60,900 nucleotides of DNA from positions 1 through 60,900 of the forward strand of contig CAZPKK010000003.1 of NCBI GenBank assembly GCA_964587175.1, written 5' to 3'. This DNA comes from an uncultured Clostridium sp. (GTDB lineage: Bacteria > Bacillota > Clostridia > TANB77 > CAG-508). Positions 30,989-38,386 of this stretch are shown here, one piece after another. Below the pieces are notes generated by a model. That model made no database searches. It had not been told where the DNA came from and was given only the letters and a program-made list of their open reading frames with translations. The position numbers and the translations under genes are program-made. The number at the start of each line of letters is the position of its first letter. The stretch's first letter is position 1.

Positions 30989-32378
30989 TTAAGTACATAG
31001 TTTTATTTTCTTTGAGTAAATACGACAGTCCTTAAGTTGTTTATTTATATATCTTGTAAGAATATGTCCATATGTTTCTTTTATTTGTCTATCATCAGCA
31101 TGACCAAGTATAGTTGCAATAACAAGAAGGTCCATTCCGGCTTCAATCATTCTAGTAACAGCAGTATGTCTACACATATGAGTGTGACAACCTTTTGTAA
31201 GTTCTAGTTTTATTTCCGCTTCTCTACAAATTCTTTTAAAAATATTATTTATAGAACGATGATCTATATATTTACCATCTCGCTGACAAAACAAAAGATT
31301 TTCTTTATTATTTTGATTACTTTTTGCATTTTCTATTTGTTTTCTGATGATATCTAGCATAAGATTTTCATCAAAAATATTAAAAGGAACGAATCTTTCA
31401 TCTGGTAAACCTTGTTCAATTTTTTTACGACCAGTTTTAGTGGTCTTACCCATAATAATTTTCCCATTATCGTTAGATAAAGTTCGATTTATTATAAAAC
31501 CATTATTTTTTAAATCTATATTTTTATCAATATCAACAGCACCTAACTCTCCAATTCTTGTAGCAGATAATAATGCACATACAAATAAATTTTTTAAAGT
31601 TTCTTCATCATAATTACACTTAAAACTTTTAACTAAAGGTTTAGTTAACAAATATTTTATTAACTTTCTTTGTTCTTCTATTTCAAAAGGTTGTACAAGT
31701 TGCTTTTTCTGTAAAGAAACAGGAGTATATACTCTTAACATGGGATTATCTGAATAATATATTATTTTATCTAAAACACATTGCATAAAACCTGCTTTTA
31801 ATTTAGCTACTATTTTATCTATTTCTCCGTTGAGATAAATATCTGATAGAATTAAGGAAATCTTGAATTTCATTATAACTTACTTTTTGAACTGGTTTTT
31901 GGAAATCTGACCAATTTTCAATATGTCTATAATGATAATTGTCTTTATCTACTGTATTTTTTATGATTTTCCCTGCTTTAAACTTTGTAGATCCTATTTT
32001 TTTACATACTTCTATAATAGTAATACTATGTTTTTTTACGTAGCTTTTTGTATGAATTTTTGCTTCTACATCTAATTTTTTATCAACTGCAGCTTTTTTC
32101 TTTTCTTCATTAGCAACAGTGGTTTGTTTTTTATTTATAGAGATTTGAGCTTGATATCTGAAATAACAATAGAAGCGGTCACAATATTTTAAACAGTCAG
32201 TACATTCAACACATTTATGACATTTTGCTGATCCAGTACGATTATTACATTTACTTCTATCAATACAATTTTTACAAATATCACATTCATAATCTAATTT
32301 TTTTCGTCTAGGTATCTTTTGTATAGTATCATAGATAGAGCCTTCGCCATTAGCTCTACGTGTACCTGTATTGTTCAT
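30989..32378 (-). pseudogene. int: Tyrosine integrase with a Cys-rich N-terminal insertion, frameshifted
   Basis: The N-terminal ORF (32378-31815) starts RRANGEGSIY. The C-terminal ORF (31873-30989) carries the R...HxxR...Y catalytic region (HMCRHTAVT, LGHADDRQIKETYGHI). The frames overlap at 31815-31873. Confidence 0.85.
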
Positions 32379-32421
32379 AAAAAAACCTCCAATTTTTCTT
32401 TATTTTATTTATCATAAACAC

Positions 32422-32450
32422 TTGAAAAATTGCAGGTATTTGTATATAAT
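32422..32450 (+). promoter_or_regulatory. Sigma-A-type promoter of small unit 1
   Basis: TTGAAA, a 17-nt spacer, then TATAAT. Confidence 0.55.
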
Positions 32451-32456
32451 ACAAAC

Positions 32457-32531
32457 TGTAATCACTCAAGTGATTATGCTTTCGAGAAATGTGTCGTGTC
32501 GCCAAACAAGATTACATTTCTCGGCTTTTTT
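32457..32531 (+). ncRNA. Candidate small RNA 1 (about 75 nt)
   Basis: A promoter is followed by the small hairpin atcac/gtgat. The terminator stem cgagaaatgt/acatttctcg (32483-32523) is followed by a U-tract. No SD-led ORF is present. Confidence 0.45.
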
Positions 32532-32568
32532 AGTAATATTTTTTTGTTTTTTGAATATAATAAAACTA

Positions 32569-32606
32569 GTCAAACGTTTGACAAGTTAAATATTATTTGC
32601 TATAAT
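32569..32606 (+). promoter_or_regulatory. Consensus promoter of small unit 2 with an overlapping 14-bp palindrome
   Basis: TTGACA (32578) is followed by a 17-nt spacer and TATAAT (32601). The perfect palindrome GTCAAACGTTTGAC at 32569-32582 covers the -35. Confidence 0.6.
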
Positions 32607-32612
32607 ATATTT

Positions 32613-32683
32613 AACTTTCCCACTACTTATAGTAGTCGGGCGTCAGAAGACTTTGGAGAACTCTAGCAGTTCTCCTTTATTTT
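32613..32683 (+). ncRNA. Candidate small RNA 2 (about 70 nt), convergent with the MazF-fold gene
   Basis: It has the hairpin cccactact/agtagtcggg. The terminator ggagaact-ctagc-agttctcc is followed by a U-tract that overlaps the stop codon of ORF 32677-33360(-). Confidence 0.45.
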
Positions 32684-33360
32684 GTGAAAAATTTTATTAT
32701 TCCGTCATCTAATAAATCTAAACTATTTCTTGATAAACGAACTTTTCTTAATATTTCATCGTCAAATATACGTTGTTTACTTATTGTTGTTATCTGATTT
32801 ATTAAAGCAATACTGCCTATTTTCATTTTTGATATTTCATCTTTTATTTTTTTTACATATTCAAAATCAGTTGTAAATTGCTTAACTTGTTCTGTAGGTA
32901 AACTCCAAATATCAGTATATTTATTTGAAAGTTTTTCAATTTCATTTGAATATAATGTATTTAAAGTATCATATATTTCATTACCTAAATCTATTGAAGA
33001 TTTAGGATATTTCTTATTCTTCTTTGAGGTTAGAGGAATTATATTTAATGTTCCATTCTTAGGATTATCATATTTGTCTAAAACGACACAATAATGTAAA
33101 CCTCCAAGCTCATGTCCTATATTAAAACCTAAATTAGCTTTTATTATACTTCCTCGTTTAAAAACGATAAGTTTTTTAGTATCAAATGTCTTTTCCTCAT
33201 CATGATAATTAGCATAGTCATTAATCCAATAAGCTAATAAATGACTAGTCTTATATTCTTTCATATCTATGTGTTTTAGAAAAGATACATCAAGTCTATT
33301 TAAAGAATTATCTTTATGTATTATTGCTTTATCTTTTAATATATCATCATCATTTTTCAA
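32677..33360 (-). CDS. Oversized MazF/PemK-fold protein (227 aa)
   Basis: The blocks FKRGSIIKANLGFNIGHELGGLHYCVVL..NIIPLTS and SIALINQITTISKQRI parallel B. subtilis NdoA ([43 protein letters not shown]). Confidence 0.6.
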   Translation of the reverse strand: MKNDDDILKDKAIIHKDNSLNRLDVSFLKHIDMKEYKTSHLLAYWINDYANYHDEEKTFDTKKLIVFKRGSIIKANLGFNIGHELGGLHYCVVLDKYDNPKNGTLNIIPLTSKKNKKYPKSSIDLGNEIYDTLNTLYSNEIEKLSNKYTDIWSLPTEQVKQFTTDFEYVKKIKDEISKMKIGSIALINQITTISKQRIFDDEILRKVRLSRNSLDLLDDGIIKFFTK

Positions 33361-33385
33361 AGTTATTCACCTTTTTCATAAATTT

Positions 33386-33637
33386 TTATTTTACTTTCCA
33401 ATTATAACCACAGTCTTGACATACGGCCATACTAGAATGTTTTGTAATTATCTTTTGATCCTTACGACCAAATAGTTTGCCTAGTAACATAGGGATTGTA
33501 AGAAAAAACCATAATAGAGGTCTCCACCACCAACCTATAAAGATCCAATAGAAAATGCTATGATGTTTATTTTTTAGTTGACTTTCTGATACCATTTGTA
33601 CATTAACATTTTCACTTCCACATTTAAGACATTTCAT
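33386..33637 (-). CDS. Zinc-ribbon membrane protein
   Basis: An N-terminal CxxC and a C-terminal CxxC flank a Trp-rich hydrophobic core (FYWIFIGWWWRPLLWFFLTIPMLL). Confidence 0.55.
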   Translation of the reverse strand: MKCLKCGSENVNVQMVSESQLKNKHHSIFYWIFIGWWWRPLLWFFLTIPMLLGKLFGRKDQKIITKHSSMAVCQDCGYNWKVK

Positions 33638-33656
33638 TTTTTTCTCCTTTCATTTT

Positions 33657-34325
33657 TTATTTAAACATACTTGTGATTTCAGCCTTTATTACTTTTCCTA
33701 TAATTTGGAAATTTCTTGTTTTCATTTCTTCTTCAGTAAGATTTATTACAGGATAATATGGATTTATAGACTGTAACTGAAGTATTTCTTTATCTTTTAC
33801 TAATTTTCTTATTAGAATCAAACTTTCATCTAAACAAATTAAAAAATAATAATTATTTTCATAAGTGTTTTGCCTACAAACTATAACAATATCATCTTTT
33901 CCGAGCATAGGAAGAAGAGAGTCATCGTCTCTTATTTCATAAGCAAAGTATTCTTTATCGCTATCTAAATTAAAATTTGAATATATATAATGATTAAAAT
34001 TATCAACTATAAATTTATTGTCTTTAAATTCAATATTATGGATTAATGGTATTTTATCGTTAATTTGATAAACCGAATCATTAAAAAAAGAATCTACAAA
34101 ATTAACATACCCACAAACTTCCATTAATTCTTCATATGTTGTAACTCCCTTCGAAGCTTTTGAGATTTTTTCTAATATTCTAGGAGAGGGCGGAGTCGAT
34201 TTTTTTTTGTTAATAATTCTTGACAAATAACCTGCATCAACGTTTGATAATCGTGCAAATTCATTTAAAGACATATTAGATTGACACTTTTTTAAAATTT
34301 CTATAAATTTTTTTTGATTATACAT
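33657..34325 (-). CDS. CI-like repressor (XRE HTH plus S24 peptidase-like domain)
   Basis: The HTH is MSLNEFARLSNVDAGYLSRIINKK. The C-terminal domain has Ser (DDSLLPML) and Lys (LIRKLV) 38 aa apart, as in LexA/CI autoproteases. Confidence 0.8.
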   Translation of the reverse strand: MYNQKKFIEILKKCQSNMSLNEFARLSNVDAGYLSRIINKKKSTPPSPRILEKISKASKGVTTYEELMEVCGYVNFVDSFFNDSVYQINDKIPLIHNIEFKDNKFIVDNFNHYIYSNFNLDSDKEYFAYEIRDDDSLLPMLGKDDIVIVCRQNTYENNYYFLICLDESLILIRKLVKDKEILQLQSINPYYPVINLTEEEMKTRNFQIIGKVIKAEITSMFK

Positions 34326-34372
34326 ATAACCCCTCCTATATTATTACAAATAGTATAATAACATAAATATTG

Positions 34373-34432
34373 AAAAAAAACAATAATTTTTTTAAAAAAA
34401 GTGTTGACAAAAAACAATAATTGATATATATT
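34373..34432. promoter_or_regulatory. Divergent cI/cro control region with repeated operators
   Basis: AAAAAACAATAAT occurs at 34375 and 34409. The rightward promoter is TTGACA (34404), a 17-nt spacer, then TATATT (34427). A third near-copy, TTGTCAAAAAACAAT, is at 34687. Confidence 0.6.
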
Positions 34433-34465
34433 GTCTGTAAACAATGAAAAAGAAAGGAGAAAGAT

Positions 34466-34678
34466 ATGAAGATAAATATTAAAGAAGTAAGAAAGTTAAT
34501 TCAGGAAAGATTTGATAATAAATTAACTAATTTTGTTACAGAACTAGGGATTGATTATTCTTATATGAATTTAATAATGAATGGGCACAGAGCTCCAGAT
34601 AGTAAAAAAGTTTGTGATCGTATAGTTGAATATTGCAAAAAAAATAATTTAGATTATTCAAAATATGTTTTTTTTTAG
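34466..34678 (+). CDS. Cro/XRE-like small DNA-binding protein
   Basis: The protein is 70 aa. It is the first gene of the rightward operon, divergent from the repressor, with an AAAGGAG SD. Confidence 0.6.
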   Translation: MKINIKEVRKLIQERFDNKLTNFVTELGIDYSYMNLIMNGHRAPDSKKVCDRIVEYCKKNNLDYSKYVFF

Positions 34679-34772
34679 AAAAACTGTTGTCAAAAAACAA
34701 TGAAAGTAAGGAGAAATTATAATGAAAAAAATAAAATAGGCGACACGACACAAAAAAGAAAGGAGAAAGAAT

Positions 34773-35081
34773 ATGAGAGGAGAATGTAAACCAACTATGA
34801 CATGGGAAGAAGCTCCGGACACAATTACACCAAAAGAATTGTCAAAAATTTTAGGAATAGGAATAAATAATGCAAGGAAGATATTCGACAAACAAGATTT
34901 TCCTAAAATCTCAAAATCAGACATAGGAAATATAGGAAAAGCTGACAAAGAGGCTGCAAGACTATATATACAAGGCATAAGAATTAAAACTAATAGCAAA
35001 GAAGGATTACTAAGTCTGATCTATTTTGAGTTGATAAAAATGAATAATACTATAGAAAAAGAAAGGAGGAATTTAGCATGA
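34773..35081 (+). CDS. Excisionase-family (MerR-like HTH_17) DNA-binding protein
   Basis: ITPKELSKILGIGINNARKIFDKQDFPKI resembles excisionase-type HTH proteins. The SD is AAAGGAG. Confidence 0.5.
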   Translation: MRGECKPTMTWEEAPDTITPKELSKILGIGINNARKIFDKQDFPKISKSDIGNIGKADKEAARLYIQGIRIKTNSKEGLLSLIYFELIKMNNTIEKERRNLA

Positions 35082-35248
35082 GTAAACAAATGAAAAAGTA
35101 TTGCATAATTGGAAAAATAGTTTGCAATACGGTAACAAACATTTTATTTCTAACATTTTTTATTCGGAATACCTTTAACAGGAATTGGAATCGCAGAATA
35201 TCTATCAAAATTAATATTAGGAGGATAAGTCAATGGAAAAATATTTGA
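35078..35248 (+). CDS. Small hydrophobic/Arg-rich protein (56 aa)
   Basis: The ATGA start overlaps the upstream stop. A strong SD (AAAGGAGG) lies 7 nt upstream. The ORF is below the ORF-track length cutoff. Confidence 0.4.
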   Translation: MSKQMKKYCIIGKIVCNTVTNILFLTFFIRNTFNRNWNRRISIKINIRRISQWKNI

Positions 35249-35358
35249 TTTTAAGAAAATTAGATCTATATGTAGAAACATTATTTATAAAAAACAGATT
35301 TAAAAATATGCAAAAAACATTAGAAGTAATGAAAAATAATTTAAAAGAATTGAGGTGA
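35233..35358 (+). CDS. Small hypothetical protein (41 aa)
   Basis: AGGAGG lies 9 nt upstream of the ATG. Confidence 0.35.
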   Translation: MEKYLILRKLDLYVETLFIKNRFKNMQKTLEVMKNNLKELR

Positions 35359-35362
35359 TTAT

Positions 35363-35647
35363 ATGTTTTTAGGAAAACATTCAGAAATAGGTCAACAAAT
35401 TGCAACTTTGCAAGAAGAATTAAAAAGAAAAGAAAAAGAACTTTATGAAATTAAACAAAAATGTGCAAATGCATTTAAAGAAATACACGAATTATCAAAA
35501 GGAAATTCGTTTGATAATGATAGAGCAATTAAGAACAAAATGGGAGAAATAGCAAAAGATAATTTTAATTTGTTATTAGATGATTTAATTGATGAAGTAG
35601 GTTTAACTATAAAAAAAATAGAACTACCAACCAGCAAAGTTAAATAG
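35363..35647 (+). CDS. Hypothetical coiled-coil protein
   Basis: ORF with a GAGGTGA SD. No family was recognised. Confidence 0.5.
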   Translation: MFLGKHSEIGQQIATLQEELKRKEKELYEIKQKCANAFKEIHELSKGNSFDNDRAIKNKMGEIAKDNFNLLLDDLIDEVGLTIKKIELPTSKVK

Positions 35648-35724
35648 TTCTATCAAAAACATATAAATATGAATTCTTTAAGTATTGTAACACATATTTT
35701 TAAAGAATTCAAGAAGGAGAAAAT

Positions 35725-36297
35725 ATGACAGAAATATGGAAAGATATTAAAGATTATGAAGGTATATATCAAATTTCTAATTTAGGCAGAGTAAAGCGAC
35801 TTAGCTGGATAAAAAAAGATAAATTAAATAGAAAGACATATTATACAGATTGCATAATGAAAGGTCATATAGGAAAAGACGGATATAAGAGAGTTGTTTT
35901 TACAAACAACAATTCAAAAAAGAAAAGTTTTTTGGTACATAGGTTAGTAGCAATGACATTCTTAAATAATAGTATGAATAAACCAGAAGTAAATCATATT
36001 GATGGAGATAAATTAAATAATAATATGAAAAATTTAGAATGGGTTACTGCTAAAGAAAATACTCATCATGCTTGGAGAAAAGGACTAATAAATGAAAAAT
36101 GGCACATAGCACATAATCAGAAAAGAATTATCGCCATAGATAAGAAAAATAATGTAGAAATTTACTTTAATAATATAAAAATAGCTAGTAATAAATTAGG
36201 AACATCTACAATGACAATAAGAAAATTATTAAAAGGGAAAAGAGTTATCAAGGGAAATTGTAAGAGTAAAAGGTGGGATTTTAAATATGCAAACTAG
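35725..36297 (+). CDS. Free-standing HNH homing endonuclease (NUMOD4 plus HNH_3)
   Basis: IWKDIKDYEGIYQISNLGRVKRL is a NUMOD4 motif. EVNHIDGDKLNNNMKNLEWVTAKENTHHA is an HNH motif. Confidence 0.8.
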   Translation: MTEIWKDIKDYEGIYQISNLGRVKRLSWIKKDKLNRKTYYTDCIMKGHIGKDGYKRVVFTNNNSKKKSFLVHRLVAMTFLNNSMNKPEVNHIDGDKLNNNMKNLEWVTAKENTHHAWRKGLINEKWHIAHNQKRIIAIDKKNNVEIYFNNIKIASNKLGTSTMTIRKLLKGKRVIKGNCKSKRWDFKYAN

Positions 36298-36927
36298 AGA
36301 AGGTTGGTTAGAAGAAAGAAAGAAGCGGATTACGGAGGCTCAGACGCAGCTACAGTTTTAGGATTAAACCCATATAAAACAAATATTGAACTATGGGAAG
36401 AAAAGACAAGAAGAAGAGAAGCCGAAGATATTTCTGATAAACCTTATGTAAAATATGGACATCAGGCAGAGGAATATTTGCGAGAGTTATTTGTATTAGA
36501 TTTTCCAAAATATGAAGTAAAACATGAAGAATACTCAATAATAAGACATCCTAAATATCCATTTTTATTTGCTAGTTTAGATGGACAACTTGTGGATAAA
36601 GAAACTGGAGAGTTAGGAGTTTTAGAAATAAAAACAACAAATATACTACAAAGTATGCAGAAAGAAAAGTGGAAAGAGAAAATTCCAGATAACTATTTTT
36701 GCCAGGTACTTCATTACCTAAATGTAACAGGATATTCATTTGCAATATTAAAGGCTCAGCTTAAGTATGATTATTCTGGTGATATAAGACTAGAAACTAA
36801 GCATTATTATATAGATAGAAAAGATTACGAAGAGGACATAAAATATTTGGAAAAACAAGAAATAGAGTTTTGGAAGAACTATGTAGAGAAAGATATTAGA
36901 CCACCACTAGAATTACCAAATATATGA
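36287..36927 (+). pseudogene. YqaJ-type recombination exonuclease, frameshifted near the N-terminus
   Basis: ATG 36287 (SD AAAGGTGGG) reads MQTREGWLEERKKRIT. The +1 frame continues GGSDAATVLGLNPYKTNIELWEEKT, the YqaJ signature. One nucleotide is missing at about 36333/36334. Confidence 0.8.
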
Positions 36928-36944
36928 AATAGGAGGAATTTTTT

Positions 36945-37298
36945 ATGGAAGAAGAATTAAAAAGACTAAGTAAATTAAGTGAAGAAAATCAAGAAGATAT
37001 AGAAAAACAAAAAATAGTAGGCGTTAAATTTGAAAGTAAATATCAAAGAGGAGCATTTAAAGGAAGAGAATATAGTTATTTTACAAAATTAGATTTAAAA
37101 GAAGGAGATATAGTAGATTGTCCTACTAGATTTGGGCCAAGTATAGGAATGGTTACTAGAACAGACATAAAAGAAGAAGAAATAGAGAAAATAAGAAATT
37201 TTATAAAAAATATAAATCTTAAATATAACAGAGAAGCGTATCTAAATGGAAAAATTGAGGTAGAGGAGGAAATAGAAGATGGAATTGAAAGTAAGTGA
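36945..37298 (+). CDS. Hypothetical protein
   Basis: ORF with an AGGAGG SD. No family was recognised. Confidence 0.5.
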   Translation: MEEELKRLSKLSEENQEDIEKQKIVGVKFESKYQRGAFKGREYSYFTKLDLKEGDIVDCPTRFGPSIGMVTRTDIKEEEIEKIRNFIKNINLKYNREAYLNGKIEVEEEIEDGIESK

Positions 37299-38094
37299 AA
37301 TTCAACAAATACAACCAGTTAATTTTAACTTTGAAGAATTGAAAAAAGAATTAATTGAAAAATCTAAATATTATAAAACAATAGTTTATACAGATGAGAA
37401 TATAAGTATAGCAAAACAAGATAGAACGAATTTGCATAAGTTAGTAAATGCAATAAACGATGAAAAGATTCGTATAAAAAAAGAAATTATGAAACCGTAT
37501 CTCCCTTTTGAAGTACAATGTAAAGAGTTAATGGAAATAGTAAAAGATGCAACAGAAAATATTGACATGCAAATTAAAGATTTTGAACAAAAAAAGAAAG
37601 ATGAAAAGCTTTTAGAAATAACTAATTATTTTGGAGAAAAAGTTGGAATCTATAAAGATTTAATAAATTTTGATTTGATTTTTAATGAAAGATGGCTAAA
37701 TATTACTTACGATATGAAACAAATTCAAGAAGATATAGATCATATTATAGCAAAAACAAAAAATGATTTAATGACAATTGATTCTATTGTAAAAAACGAA
37801 GAAACAAATGCACAAACAAGAGACTTTTATTTTAGAAATATAAATAATCCTAGTGTATTGGGCGAATCTTTAAATGAAGCTAAGAGGATAGAAGCAATAA
37901 AAAGCAATTTGGCAGAAATGAAAAAACAACAAGAAGAGGCAGAAAAAGCAAAACAAACAATAATTCCAAAACAAGAACAACAAGAAACTGAAAAAATCTA
38001 CGAACTATGTTTTAAAACATATTTAACAAAAGAGCAGATGTTTAAATTAAAAGAATTCTTTGTAGAGAATAATATTAAATACGAAAAGATATAG
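37279..38094 (+). CDS. DUF1351-family protein (accessory to RecT modules)
   Basis: The pattern ISIAKQDRTNLHKLVNAINDEKIRIKKEIMKPYLPFEVQCKEL matches my memory of DUF1351. Confidence 0.6.
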   Translation: MELKVSEIQQIQPVNFNFEELKKELIEKSKYYKTIVYTDENISIAKQDRTNLHKLVNAINDEKIRIKKEIMKPYLPFEVQCKELMEIVKDATENIDMQIKDFEQKKKDEKLLEITNYFGEKVGIYKDLINFDLIFNERWLNITYDMKQIQEDIDHIIAKTKNDLMTIDSIVKNEETNAQTRDFYFRNINNPSVLGESLNEAKRIEAIKSNLAEMKKQQEEAEKAKQTIIPKQEQQETEKIYELCFKTYLTKEQMFKLKEFFVENNIKYEKI

Positions 38095-38107
38095 GGGGAA
38101 AAGTAAA

Positions 38108-38368
38108 ATGGAAATTTTAAAAGTATCAAGCAAATCAAATCCAAATTCAGTAGCAGGAGCAATTGCAGGGTTGGTAAAAGAATCTAACAAAGCAGAAATG
38201 CAAGCAATAGGAGCAGGAGCTGTAAATCAAGCTGTAAAAGCTATAGCAATAGCAAGAGGTTTTTTAGCCCCAGCAGGAATAGATTTGGTGTGTATACCTG
38301 CATTTACAGAAGTTGATGTGGAAAAAGAGAATTGTACAGCGATGAAAATTATTGTGAAAAAAATTTAG
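38108..38368 (+). CDS. spoVS: Phage-encoded SpoVS paralog
   Basis: By manual count, 69 of 86 aligned residues are identical to the host SpoVS at 23949-24212. The N-terminal 66 aa differ only by conservative changes. Confidence 0.9.
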   Translation: MEILKVSSKSNPNSVAGAIAGLVKESNKAEMQAIGAGAVNQAVKAIAIARGFLAPAGIDLVCIPAFTEVDVEKENCTAMKIIVKKI

Positions 38369-38386
38369 TGAGAGGAGAATATTAGT

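Noticed and set aside
32371-32666. Two overlapping + strand ORFs (72 and 78 aa) between int and the MazF-fold gene. They include a hydrophobic 37-aa peptide from ATG 32476 that could look like a type I toxin.
   Set aside because: There is no SD. The ORFs run straight through two promoter-terminator units. The hydrophobic stretch is simply the translation of terminator T-runs.
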